DNA from: Ionaspis alba
Lineage: Eukaryota
Assembly: GCA_964255285.1 (NCBI GenBank)
Contig: CAXUUL010000063.1
Location: 1 to 40,325, forward strand
Direction: 5' to 3'
DNA: 40,325 nucleotides
The notes under the pieces were generated by a model, which worked only from the letters and a program-made list of their open reading frames with translations, searched no databases and was not told where the DNA came from. Below, in pieces: positions 11,239 to 23,360 of this stretch (positions within the stretch are counted from its first letter, which is position 1; each line of letters begins with the position of its first letter). Position numbers and translations under genes: made by a program.

Positions 11239-13348
11239 TATTGTTGGATTGAGTAGACTGGGTCGTGGAGGTGTCCAGGATTGGGTGGCCCTAATTCGAT
11301 ATATTGGTTATTGCTTGCTTTTCGTTGAAGCATTTCTTTGTTTATCGAAGTCTGGAATAATTGCATAATGATCTACATTGATGAAAATGCGTACTTGCCT
11401 CAAACCTTGAGTTAGCATCCAAAAGAATATTTAGATAAGTATAGTGTGGTTGACTCAGAATCCAAATGCATTTGAAGATCTTCGTCAGGGTCTTGCTAAT
11501 ACACAAGCTGGCTTGCTTCTTCACCCTTCTGTTTGACAACCTTACTGCATCTCTCACCACCTCACCACGATAAAGCGTAATATTAGCCCCGCTACAATTT
11601 GTCCAGGCTTGATTTGCTGATCGCTTCGACCATGACGCTTCTAGCAAGTGTGCGTGATGGTTCATGACATAAGACTGAATTTGCGGAGGACGGTAGTCGA
11701 ATGCTTTGTACCTGATTGACACATGGCGACTATATCATACGCGACCCTGATTGCTCAGGAGAAGACGCCACCCAAAGGAGAGTTCAGGTAGAACGATCGG
11801 AACAGTGTATAATCTTGCGAAACGATGCTAGATCTGTTGCCGCGAGCTCCAGTGGGAGGAAGGGCGACAACGTCGATGCAGGTGACGGTGATCGGTATGG
11901 GTATATTGAATGAAGAGAGTTTTTCGACCGGATAACGAGATAGAGAGGGATATTGGACAAAGACACGTGTCTCTAAGTGGGCGTACGTGTGGGATTCGAG
12001 AAGAACGATGCTTGTATTCGTGTCGGTTTGACCTGACCTGCCCGGTTGGTCTTGTGCTTCGCAGGTGATGATGTTTGGTAATCTCATTATGCGGTTGATC
12101 TCCATCAGCTGTGATATTCTCTGGTATATCTATGACCGCTTCACGAGGTACCGGAGTGGTAGAAATCGATCGTGATGCACGTCTTGTGTCCTTGCACAAA
12201 GTGCAGATTGTCTATCCTATATATCCCGGACGATATCACCATCTCTTGCTTCTTTAACATGGCAGTGTTTTGGCCGTCCACTATGTCTATCCGATCATCT
12301 TAGTACTACCTCTCGATGGCTTGGCGTTACTCACCACGATCAGAGCAAACAAACACCCCTTTTCGGTTAAGCGAGATCTGATATCGTGCTTCGCTATGGC
12401 AATCATTAAGAACAAGACAATCACTCTTGAAGTCACCTACTGCGCCTGATTCACCCACAAGCAATCAAGCAGCTATGCAAGGTAGAGCATCGATGCAATA
12501 TGCCGGGAGCTTAGCTTTTCATTGGCCGAATGTCTTGCTTGTGCAGTAGTTGTGATGTGTCAGACTCAGACTCAAGATCTCCCATGAACACTTAGGTGAT
12601 TCATTCCCGGTCTAGCAGATACCTTGTGAATGTTCCGGTCTCAGAACTAGGTGTTCACAGGCGTGCGCTAAGGGTTGTGTCAACACCTTGACGGCTAGTA
12701 TATATAGTCCGGCGCACATTCATTCCCTTTGCTTCTCTTTTTGGTATTCTCCATCCACTCTCTTCATCGAACTTTTCACCATACCATACCCGCGTGCTTG
12801 CTTGCTGGTCTGAATTCCATCAAAATATTGCTTTACACAGATCTGCCTCGATTTCAGACAACAAGCAATCCCAGATTATCTCTCGAGTTGTTGTCTCCAT
12901 CCTTCGGGTTTCTGTACGTGCCTCGATTATCACGAGCGAAGTTCGGTGAACACCTCTTGAGCTCTCATCCTCCTTCTTCGAGCCTGGGGCTATAGCTCGA
13001 GGACTGTCCCGGAGCTGGAGACTCTCCTAAGTCTCGAACATCAGCCGATTATTCGGTCAGCAAGATTCTTAGTACCTAGTGGACCGCACTGAGAACACTC
13101 ACATATCCGACGTCACGTTCAAACGCTTGTTGACGGCCATTTCAGCTCATACTTGACAATACTCCAGATTGACGTTAGTGCTGGTAATGTCAACACCCTG
13201 GTATCGACCCATACGGAATTAATACCATTAGGGGCAATCTTGTCTCTCTGTACCTCCTCTCATCCACGACCTCTTTGACGGGCATCACCTCTCCAAAACT
13301 TCCCTCCATAAGAGCCAATCTCATTAACACCGATCAGATATCGCAACG

Positions 13349-13924
13349 ATGTGCTTATACACCACAGCGATGGCATATAGCCAGTGCCAGTGCGTTGTCC
13401 CTGTTCCTTCAACCGGTCATTTTCACATTCCACCTCAATACTGTGATACCATTCGCCGCGCTCTGGATTACTATCACTCGCAACCTTTACGTCTGCCCGA
13501 GTCAGATCCTGTTCCGCATCCACGCCCATGTCCGCTCGATCCAGGCGACGGCTTCTCGATAGGCAATACGATCGTCAGGAAAGTACTGGGCCTATGCGAG
13601 GGCTGCGCGATCGGAATGCGTACGAGCATCGACGACCTATCACAAAGGTTGTCCAGCCTCGAAAGAGCGATTCAAAGGAAGGATGTTGAATTGAAAGACA
13701 CGAGACAGGACTTGAGGAAAAGGCAGACCGAGCTAAAGGTCGAAGAGGGCGAGCTGTTCGAAGCCCACGTCAAGGTGCAGGACAAGGAGCATGAGCTTAA
13801 GAGGGAGATTGCAAATCGGGAGCACGCGGCAGAGGCTCTCAGGAACATGCCTGCTGGGAAAGGATCCATGTCACCTCGAAGCGTTGTTGATCTACTCCAG
13901 GTCCGAAACCACGAGCAAGATTGA
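13349..13924 (+). CDS. Hypothetical protein: Cys-rich N-terminal domain plus coiled coil, 191 aa
   Basis: MCLYTTAMAYSQCQC...YC...PCP...CEGC, followed by a heptad-like charged helix (IDDLSQRLSSLERAIQRKDVELKDTRQDLRKRQTELK). Confidence 0.7.
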   Translation: MCLYTTAMAYSQCQCVVPVPSTGHFHIPPQYCDTIRRALDYYHSQPLRLPESDPVPHPRPCPLDPGDGFSIGNTIVRKVLGLCEGCAIGMRTSIDDLSQRLSSLERAIQRKDVELKDTRQDLRKRQTELKVEEGELFEAHVKVQDKEHELKREIANREHAAEALRNMPAGKGSMSPRSVVDLLQVRNHEQD

Positions 13925-14367
13925 GATGCGAGGCGGGGGTTCGAAAGGTTGACCCAGAGTGAGAACCGTGAGAAGGTAGAGGACTTTCACGAAGAGGGTT
14001 GGGAGAAATTAGATGGCCAGGGGCAGAGGAAGATAACCTTGACAGGTAGAAGGCAGAGGAGTTTGTCGAAGTGATTCGACTCTCATAGAATAGATGTTGT
14101 CGATATGGTGAATTGCTGACGCCAAGAGCAGGGCTGAGGGAATGCAATGAGTTTAGAGTCGCCTTGGCCTTGGCCTTCTCTTATCTTCTAGGCTGAGAGG
14201 CAATTGAAGACATGAATTGACATGAAAGCTAGTTTCTGCTTGACCAAAGCAATAAAGGACGTTGGGTATCGTCTACTAAGAACCGACAACAAAGAGCAAA
14301 AGGCATACCAGAAGAAACAGAAGCCACCTACATGCACCTCTACTTCTTTGCGACCAAATGCCTCCGT

Positions 14368-16254
14368 CTAGTGTACATGCCCACAATCAAGCGACCGCTT
14401 GAAGTCGCCTTGATAATGATCGGTGTTTATTCTTATATCTTGAGCAAGTTCTTGACCCATCCAGCTATGCTTCTCTCCATGTACCGCATCAGTATCGAAA
14501 GCTGCACTCTTATCTTTGAGTTCTTGCGTGACAGATTCTAGGTCAAGGTCTAGGTAGTCGCTCAGGAAATTTCCTACTTCTGTATTTTCGTGGTTGCCGA
14601 TGAGGGATCTGGCGTGTTTAGGGTTCGAGGCATAGACATTGACGTCCACCGCTGAGACATGTTAGTAGATGAAGTGAGGTGCTTGACTGAAGGAGCAAAC
14701 CGGAATGTCCGTGAGTACTCCATCCTGTCTGTGAGCGCCGACTAATGATATCGGCAAAGATATATGACGAAGGCCAGGGATCAGATTTGTCGATCAACGA
14801 GTCGACTTCTGCGTCCGTAGCATCATGGATACCAAGGCCCTTTTCGATCAGCTTTGATCGAACAAACGACCGTTTCTCGTCGTCTGATCTGCGTCGCCCC
14901 GACAGATAGTCCCGTAGTTTATATGCTAAATGTTCCGCAGAGTGTGAGGCATTAGCAAGCACGCTAGGATACCAGAGATACTCTGGGTACGAGGTATGTA
15001 ATTCTGGAAACACAGGTTAGCAAATCTCCTTGGCAGGGTATCGCTCCACTCACGTCTAGCGGTAGCCAGACCTCCCGTCTCGTGGTCACTAGTACTAACT
15101 ACCACGCCTTCCACATCATCTCTTTCTAGAAACTTAAGAGCGGTAGTGAAAGCCTTATCATAGGCTAGCACCTCATGCACTTGTGCCACAGGATCATTGC
15201 CATGACCGGCATGATCGATGCGGCTTCCCTCAATCATGAGAAAGAAACCCTTCTCGCTGTCCCTTGTGGCTGCCTGTAGAGCCTTCAAAGCGGTCTTTGC
15301 CATCTCATCCAGCGATGGATAAACATCGTTCTGAAACCTCCTATCGACTTCGTAGGGAATGTCCATTGGAGCGAAAAGCCCCAACATTGGTAGCTTTATT
15401 GCACCACCATCGAGTCCATCGAAGCCTGTACGATCCTGTATATAGCTGAAGCCATTGTCTTTCGCCATCTGAACGACGTCTTCCTCATCCTGTCGACATG
15501 ATTGGTCTGTAGTGTTCGGAAGGAAATGGCATCTTCCTCCTCCAAGCATTATGTCCACAACCCGACCCAAAGGGTGTTCTCCGATCATTTGTTTTGCGAT
15601 GGAATCTTCCTCCTCTCTTCGATTGACATGAGCCGCAAAGCACGCCGGTGTAGCATCTGTAACTCGAGTCGTGACGACCAGACCAGTCATGTATCCTGCC
15701 TTCTTCGCAGCTTCCAGCACTGTCCCACAAGGCGAATGGTCTGGCAAAACAGAGATAGCTCCATTGTAGCTCTTCATCCCACACGAGAAAGCCGTTGCAC
15801 CGGCTGCTGAATCGGTGATCAAACTTGACGTACTTCTTGTCCTTGAAGATCCTATCAAATGCTGGTCCAGAACAAGCACATCGCCAATAGGCAGTCCTGC
15901 TTGGTATTGTCGAAAGCTTCTCGTCAAAGATAGACTTGTAGGCCCCATTCCATCAGACACCATGAAGATCAGATTCCTCTTGCCGCTAGGCTTTGCGCCC
16001 TTCCAATCCCCTGAGCCTTTTGGGTGCGAGCTCTGTGCATGCTGGTACATCACAGCGATGACGATGACCGCTGCTGTTGCAATCAATGCCCACAGGAAGA
16101 TCCCGATCTCCCGCCAGAACCCCCAGCCATGTCTCCGACTAGCAGCTTTGTGCTGGCCCGTCAGCAGGGCATCTTCCTCTTCCTCGCCGCGCTCGTCTGA
16201 ATTCTCCGATGCCGGTCTGTCTTCGGCCAGCAGTGGCTGATCGCTACGTGCCAT
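14368..16254 (-). CDS. PHO8: Repressible vacuolar alkaline phosphatase
   Basis: N-terminal TM anchor. Motifs RNLIFMVSDGMG, ITDSAAGATAF (catalytic Ser), TDATPA, EGSRIDHAGHGND, SDHETGG, GWSTHGHS|AVDVNVYA. Introns 15004-15053 and 14652-14700. Confidence 0.95.
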
Positions 16255-16365
16255 TATGCCAATCTTTCGTCGTTGTGAGGAGTGTTCAAGATCTCATCGC
16301 TGAACAAAGGAAATTGAGGAATCTGAGTACTGTCGTGGCTGGTCGCAAGTTGTAGAGGCGACTTG

Positions 16366-16386
16366 GTTGTTGTTGTTGTTGTTGTT
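16366..16386. repeat. (GTT)7 microsatellite upstream of PHO8
   Basis: Seven perfect GTT units. Confidence 0.9.
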
Positions 16387-16425
16387 GGTCATGGGGCTTG
16401 GTGATCACATAACCTGGTTGAGCGA

Positions 16426-16431
16426 CACGTG
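16426..16431. promoter_or_regulatory. CACGTG E-box, candidate Pho4/PalcA/NUC-1 site
   Basis: Lies about 172 bp upstream of the alkaline phosphatase ATG. Confidence 0.5.
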
Positions 16432-16668
16432 AATGTAGAGGTTGGATACCGATTTGGCAATGCAGAAGGTCACAAGCAAGGTTCTATAGTGTTTCGAGAT
16501 GTACTCTATTGACCTTGGATATAAATTCCAGGTTTTATTGATTCACGATCGTAAACATAGTGAAATGTTTGTGAGCTGAATTCTCTTCGAAGTGCTAGAG
16601 TGGGCGCTAGAGAGTATGGATCCAACTACAACCTAGATAATGACTTCTGCCAACGCTATCTACTCCAA

Positions 16669-17450
16669 TCATTTCTGGCCTTTCCAGCCTATAGGAATCA
16701 ATGCTGCTGCGATACTACTGACACCCCTCTCAGTAGCCAAGAGGTTGAATTGCGCCGCTGCATTGCGGGTGTCCTGTATGTCCACCTTGATGCCCAAGGA
16801 GTTTATATACTTTCTCGTTTCCGGCGCAATGGGATATGTTGAAGCTCCAAGTCCAAGTATGAGAAGATCTGTATAAGCCAGTCAGCAGTGTCATAGACGA
16901 GGGTACTCCTACAGAGAAGGAGACCGGTCATACCAGGTTTCGGCCAAACGAGATCCAGCACCCCCCATGCCTCCTTCTCGACTTCCCATTGTCCCTTTTT
17001 GTTGATCATCCAGCTTCTACCTGATCCGATTCCTTTTCCTCCCGATTTCCAAGGTCTCCAAGTGAATGCCTCGCCCGCTATCAGGAGGCAACCCGAGCCA
17101 TCACCGACCTTCACTCCGTTGTCAAGATGAAAGCCATCGGTCAAGCACGCGTCAATGGAAGTAGTAGGAGGAGGACTGTTGCCGAGTACATTCAAAGATC
17201 CAAGATCCGTTTGAGTATCTTCTTTGGATGCTGGTCCGCGATCTGTGGTTTTTGTGGCCGGTGAGGATTGATGCGCGGCTGAAATTGAAAACAGACGACG
17301 GCTTGCAGGAGTTGGGTTGTGATAAGCAGGCAATTCTTTTCTTCGACATGAGCTACGCGTAGGTAAAGGACATCGCTGAATGTTCAAGGGGGACCCGCAA
17401 TGTTCCGCAGCTCTGAAGATACGGAGCAATTGCGGGCTTGGAGCCTTCAT
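16669..17450 (-). CDS. NDUFAF3: DUF498/Mth938 protein, complex I assembly factor NDUFAF3-like
   Basis: Arg/Ser-rich mitochondrial presequence. Motifs PPTTSIDACLTDGFHLDNG and WPKP|DLLILGLGASTYPI...DIQDTRNAAAQFNLLATERG. Intron 16869-16933. Confidence 0.88.
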
Positions 17451-17464
17451 GGCTTGTTTTGTCA

Positions 17465-17674
17465 AAATGTCGCTCTGCTGACCTCTGACGTTGCAGACAA
17501 CAATCGCTAATGCCAATGTNNNNNNNNNNNNNNNNNNNNNNNNNNNNNNNNNNNNNNNNNNNNNNNNNNNNNNNNNNNNNNNNNNNNNNNNNNNNNNNNN
17601 NNNNNNNNNNNNNNNNNNNAAATGTCGCTCTGCTGACCTCTGACGTTGCAGACAACAATCGCTAATGCCAATGT
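17465..17674. other. Scaffold gap (17520-17619) with 55-bp flanking duplication
   Basis: 17465-17519 is identical to 17620-17674. Confidence 0.95.
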
Positions 17675-18559
17675 TTATTGTTATGAGCACTACCTAACTT
17701 TGAGCTCCGAGTTATTCTGTTAACGGCCTAAGAACTACCAGGACCACTACGTCATGGATGCGGAGCGGGCCAGATCATCCTAGCTCTTTTGAGCGAATGC
17801 AAGGCGGGTGGAATTGAATCGTTCCCAGCAACACAATTACACGGAGGCGCACGAACAAAATTCGCCGGCACATATAACATGTCTGTACTATTAAATTGCA
17901 CACATTCTGCTTCTTCATGATCACCTTCGATCGATAACAACAACATAAGACGAATGAGAAGTAACAAAATCTTTCAAACATTACGTCGAATATCGATAAA
18001 ATGAGTCGGCACACTCCGTCGTATTTATGCTCGCTGAACGTAATTTCGGTTTTGGTATCTCGTTAATTTTCCCCTTACAACCCAGGGTTTTTTATAGACT
18101 TAACTTTATGTACAGCCCGCTGTATTAAACGCCCCCATCCCACCTGGCGAGAGTCCCTCTGGGGATCCAATACCCCGCCAATTAAACTGAGCATACTCGG
18201 CAAAGATTTCTGTGTAACACGCCTTGGTGCTGCGGCAAGCTTGGCGCTCGGATCTTCGTCGCAGAACTTCTATCTTATTTTCGCACATAATACGTCTGAA
18301 TGTTCATAAGGTGACTTTTATATACAGCACAGAGAGATTGAAAGAAGTCATGACGTTCCCGCAACACCGCTGAGGTCTATATAGAGGTACATAGCACTAC
18401 ACTCAATCTACTATCTTGTTTTGAACTCAAGCCGTTTCAGCCTCGTTGCTTTTGTGCTCACTATCTTGCTGCTTCAGTTCTTTCACCTCCAACAGCTCGT
18501 ACTCCTCATCCTTGCCGACCAACTCCTTTATCTTTTGTATCTTTTCCGAAAATTGTGGA

Positions 18560-20933
18560 ATGGCAGGCCCGAACCTCCAATGGGAGCTCGCAAAGACCGC
18601 GGATTCGACATTCTCCGTGGCCCAAGGCATTCTTCGAGCTTCGACAAGCGACAATGTCCAACCACTTGCTCTCCTGGCTTGTGAACGCTTTGGAGCCACG
18701 CTTGCGATGTGTCCTGAGACCTGTCGGAAAATCGAACATCTCATCATCAAAGTCCAATCACCTTCTCGAAACGTCATCAGCTTTTTTGGTGCAGTGATTG
18801 GATATTCACGTCATGATTGTGCCGCACAACTTGTGCGTAGCCTCGCTGGCGTTCAATTCATAGGACTTGCTGCTGTAATGCTTCCGACCTTCGGAGCATA
18901 CCAAGCGAGTCAAGCACTGGCGGAAATGTTGAATGCCTCTGCCTCTGACAAAACAATCGTCCCCCCTGCCAGACACCTCAAAGATCTCTTGAACAGTCTA
19001 GAGTACCGATGTGTTCAAATGGGGTTTTCTGATCTCGTCCTAGGATGGCAACAGATGCTGTGTAACTCGCCCATAACCGATAAAGGGGTCATAGAAACCG
19101 ACCAGAGCACCGATGGTTTCGCCAAACTTATTGACGCTTTCAGGCAGCTGAGTCGAATTGGAGACGCTTCGCATCTCGTCTTGAAGACCGAGTTCTGTGA
19201 GTGAGACTATCTAGCACTGATCAGCTTATCTGAACCCATCCTGAGTTTTATAGAGCTCTTATATTCCGTTCCATGCTCGTTTACATGCTTCAAGTCTACA
19301 GAGAGCTAGACAGATTAGAAACTGATCTCTGAACATGATAGTTATCCCTTGGGTGGCTGCTCTTGCACAATGGTGCCTTGGTGTTCCTCCCTCGGTGTAT
19401 ATGAGTGACGGGACCCCGATTCTAGAACAGCCAGAGAGCCAGGTCAGGATAATTGCTGTCACCAAAGGATTCCACCTCAAATCACGTTTTCGTCTCGAAA
19501 TCACGATCCACAGAAGTCTTGGAAATCCGACAGAATTAATCGTGACGGATACTATAATTCGTGACTTCGCCGGAATGGTCGGCATTGAGCAGTTCGGCCG
19601 CTGGCTGATGCGAGTGAAGGGTTTCTCTGCCAGAATGCCCGCAAGCGTATTGGAGGGAGTACTCCCATTCGCCTTGAAGCAAGTAGTTTCCCTGCTTCGG
19701 ACGTCTGTCCATGAGACATCTGATCTCAGGAAGCGTGAACCGCGATGGCCATACCTAGTCACAGATGAAGAGCGCGATTCTTTGGTTGACGATGTCTTGG
19801 ATTATGTTGCCCGTCCTTTCCCAGAAGATATGGTTATCTCAGACATGTTATCAAGAGTACTCAACTCAACGGATTCGTGTTGTCTACAATCTTTAGGAAA
19901 CGGCCAGAAACTCATGGATCTACCAGTTGTTGCGTCCTTTCTGAACGATCTTAAACAGGACTGTGACTGTGACCGATGCAATTCATCACCTCCTGAGTCA
20001 TCTGTTCGAGGCTTTACATACTGCAAATTGGAAAGGTTCTGGGACATTGTTTCACTTTTCGTCAGTGTGGTCTTATCCCTATCTCTCTTCGACTGTCCAG
20101 ACACACTTTTAGTTCGTTTGAATCAGCCGTCTGAACTTGGTGCGCCGTCACACGGACGTTTAGGTAAATTCGCTCATGCCGTTCGTATCATTCTATGTAC
20201 GGGTGGATTGGCTACTTGTTCGATCAATGCAGTGCTTCAATATGCATTGCTACTTATTGGACATGATGTCTCTCAGGATTTAGAAACAAATCGGTGGGTC
20301 ATGTCCAGCTACAAAGGTCAGGTGGTCTACCCAAAGTTATTCGAGACCCGAAACTTAGCTGAATCTGGTTTTCTCACTCTTTCTTGGGTGACCGGAAACG
20401 TACGTCATTTAGGGGAGGTCTATTCACGAGGCACCGGAGACGGATGGTCTCAAGCGAGGGAAGACGACGAGACTGTGCTGAGCAAGACCGTCCAATATCC
20501 AATCAATCTCACCAAAGATTGCAATTTAAAATGGGATGTCCATACATCCGAGGACTCGCTTTCTATTCGAATGGGTATTCAAAGGTCTGGAGATAAGCTT
20601 AAAGTCTTGGCACTCACCGCCCCGTTTGCGGTTCTAAGAAATTTGGTGTCTGCTTTGATATATATAAGGTGCCCACACCCCCCGGATAGTGCTCTCTCTG
20701 ATCCCGATTCTTCATGTCGTTATTCCACATCCCCTGCAATTAGGGACCACCTTAAACGTGAAAATGATGCCGAGAAGATCTTCGTTGTCGCAGACGCTGG
20801 CAACGACGGGTTGAGGATGTTTTCTCTGGGCTCCCCTGCTCCGCCTTTTCCGGTGGTTCTTCGGAAAGATGCATGCCTATCATGCTGTGTTCAGCTCTGT
20901 AGGAGAGCGGGTTATGCGGCCATAATCTGCTAG
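18560..20933 (+). CDS. Uncharacterised fungal protein, about 742 aa, with Cys clusters
   Basis: Exons 18560-19196 and 19342-20933, joined in frame by a phase-1 intron (GTGAGT...ACTGAT...TAG). N-terminus LQWELAKTADSTFSVAQGILRASTSDNVQPLALLACERFG. Internal CDCDRC. C-terminal RKDACLSCCVQLC. Confidence 0.8.
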
Positions 20934-21394
20934 CACTGGCATGATCTTTATTAGCAATTTACGCTATGCCCAAATGCATTCGGCAATCACGACCAAGAGT
21001 CTTTCTGATGATTTCGCCAACTTCCCTTCTGATCAGTATGAAGAGCATATAACCTATTAACCTCACGACTCGACCCATCACAGCAGGCCGAGACCTCCGC
21101 CGGAGAAAATGAGTGCGGCGATCGGCCCCGACCCTCATAGAGGAAGTCATCTGCATAGGAAGATTATGATCGGCACAGCGTTGGAGTCTCATCTCAGAAG
21201 CGCTTGCCTAGCGCTGCCGCGTAGTCGAACGTACAACTGGGTTGGAACGAGTGGCTGTCATAGCCAAGGGGTTCCAAGCGGTTTAAAGTGACTCGACTTG
21301 CTTGGATCGAATGCTTCTCATCAGGTCACGCGATAGCTTTTAATATTCCCAAGTTCAACTGGTGATGTGTCTACTGGGACAAGTTTACCGCCAT

Positions 21395-21604
21395 AGAATT
21401 CTGCTGTTCCACGAGCGTACGCAAGTTCTGTCTTTGTGCTCGCTACAATNNNNNNNNNNNNNNNNNNNNNNNNNNNNNNNNNNNNNNNNNNNNNNNNNNN
21501 NNNNNNNNNNNNNNNNNNNNNNNNNNNNNNNNNNNNNNNNNNNNNNNNNAGAATTCTGCTGTTCCACGAGCGTACGCAAGTTCTGTCTTTGTGCTCGCTA
21601 CAAT
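21395..21604. other. Scaffold gap (21450-21549) with 55-bp flanking duplication
   Basis: 21395-21449 is identical to 21550-21604. Confidence 0.95.
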
Positions 21605-21984
21605 ACGGCTGTCTTTGGTCAACGCACTTTTTGGAGTTGACTATGCTACCGGTCCTGCTATATCTACTTGTTGACGTCGCTGCAACGTTGGAGCCTATAC
21701 CCAAAGTCAAGTCCACTGAAACAGCCAAGATCTGTATGGTTGAGCAACAGCGGGCGGACAGAGGGACAGAGCCTCTTGTGCTCTTGATTTTGTTGCACAA
21801 GGATGGCGAATCGTGTCAAGATGTTTTGTCACGGCTGTTTCTTCAGGGCAGCCATATCCTTGCAATGTCGAGTGGTTGGAAAGTCAAGCAGAGCTAGACT
21901 TAATTCCAGCCGCATGCCAAGCTACAAACCCATCGTTACAAGATCCCCATCGTGCGATGAACCGTTTCTCCAGCCCTTCCAAGA

Positions 21985-22407
21985 GTGTCCTGCTACCCCT
22001 TCCCTTCCATCAAGATATGGGAGTCATTTACCGCTCATTCAACCTGGCCGTGGCCGCCCCACATTCGTGAAATTTTTGTCACGAGTGACATCGGCTGGAT
22101 TGAAGCAACAAAGAACAGATCAGTCTTTGTCAAGATCAACATCGAACGTAATGAAATCTTGGAATACTTTGATGCAGGGGAGATGAAGGTTACACAAGTC
22201 GAGGAAGTCAGAAGGATAATGCTGAGCCCTGGCTGGGAGCACGTTGTTCAGGGGAAAATGGGCAGGAGAGAGTTGACGACATGGATCGTGGAGATAAATG
22301 CGATGAAGGATCACATGAGAGATGAATTAGACGTTCCAGGGAAGGGGGAGCAGGCTTGGGAAATGACGAAACCATGCGGGAGCAGGAGAAGGACGAGGCA
22401 TGGTTGA
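21985..22407 (+). CDS. Possible terminal exon of a hypothetical protein
   Basis: 140-codon open frame with protein-like composition. No ATG start or upstream exon could be assigned confidently. Confidence 0.3.
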   Translation: MSCYPFPSIKIWESFTAHSTWPWPPHIREIFVTSDIGWIEATKNRSVFVKINIERNEILEYFDAGEMKVTQVEEVRRIMLSPGWEHVVQGKMGRRELTTWIVEINAMKDHMRDELDVPGKGEQAWEMTKPCGSRRRTRHG

Positions 22408-22691
22408 TTGTTGTCAAAACAGAAGAGAATTATGTGGTATCCTGTTGAGTTGTGTTGGTAGGCCTGTGGAAAAATGGCTTTAGATAGGAGTATCACCACT
22501 CGGCATCTCATATGTTAGGAGTTGTCGGCATGCACCCGTCAACCAGACCTTCAATGACTTCGGACTTTGATTCATAGTCTAGCCAGTAACCGAACTCACA
22601 GCCATCCATTCCTGCCACGGAGCATGCCACCAGGCGCTGGACTTGAATCCTCTCTGAGCTCACATCATAGCACCCGCTTCCATTTATGCAC

Positions 22692-23360
22692 CTAACGACC
22701 CTTTCCCTGGTTTTCTTTGAGCACCTTCTTCACGATCTTCTGCTCCTCAATCAAGAACGCCCGTACAACCCTGTCCTTCACACAATTCGAACATCTCGAT
22801 CCACCATAGGCGCGCTGGACGGTCTTCTTGGGCTTGGAGATTTGGGAGTATTCGCGAGGTCGGAGAGCTGGTATCTGTAAGACGGGGGAGAGCCATTAGC
22901 TAACGCTCAGTCGGACTTGAGGGTTGGACTCGTAGATCCAGCATCAAATCGCGTCCCCGCCCAGTTTGAAGCCAGACTTTTGATTACACAAATAGCGACT
23001 TTGTAACGAGCTCTGCGCTGGTGGGTTAATGCCACTAAGAGACAGAGGAAGACTTACGCCAGGGAGTTTGATGCCGCAATCACCACATTTTGGTGGGCTA
23101 CCCTTCTTCTTGATGTGCAGGTATCGGAGCTGGCCACCCGGGGTTTTGATCACTCGGACCTTGTTTGATCGAGTGTTATATCTGTATTAAATCTCTTGAT
23201 TAAATCTTGTCTACTTCCGTGCCATTGCTAGTCTCGTAGCCGTGGGCTGGACGCGGTAAACTTACGGATTCCTTCGACGCTGTGAAATCCAAGTTAGCAA
23301 GTAAAGATCGTTCTAAGTGAGAAGCCACCGGCTTACATATGTCAATCGGTTGGAAGGCAT
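22692..23360 (-). CDS. RPL34: 60S ribosomal protein eL34, 114 aa
   Basis: Exons 23337-23360, 23266-23279, 23058-23181, 22692-22874. Product [29 protein letters not shown]...[21 protein letters not shown]...[33 protein letters not shown]. Confidence 0.97.

Noticed and set aside
11342..12260. Several short - strand ORFs as a gene
   Set aside because: No consistent exon chain or recognisable motif; a decayed gene cannot be excluded.
13935..13950. GGGGGTTCGAAAGG as a tRNA T-loop or B-box
   Set aside because: No T-stem complement and no cloverleaf can be formed.
17690..18400. AT-rich spacer with a small hairpin (TACAGC-CC-GCTGTA) as a transposon relic
   Set aside because: No paired terminal repeats or transposase-like peptide found; it is compatible with an ordinary divergent promoter.
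4742..21604. 55-bp direct repeats as LTRs, target-site duplications or CRISPR-like repeats
   Set aside because: Each pair is a different sequence of identical length flanking an N-gap, which is an assembly signature.
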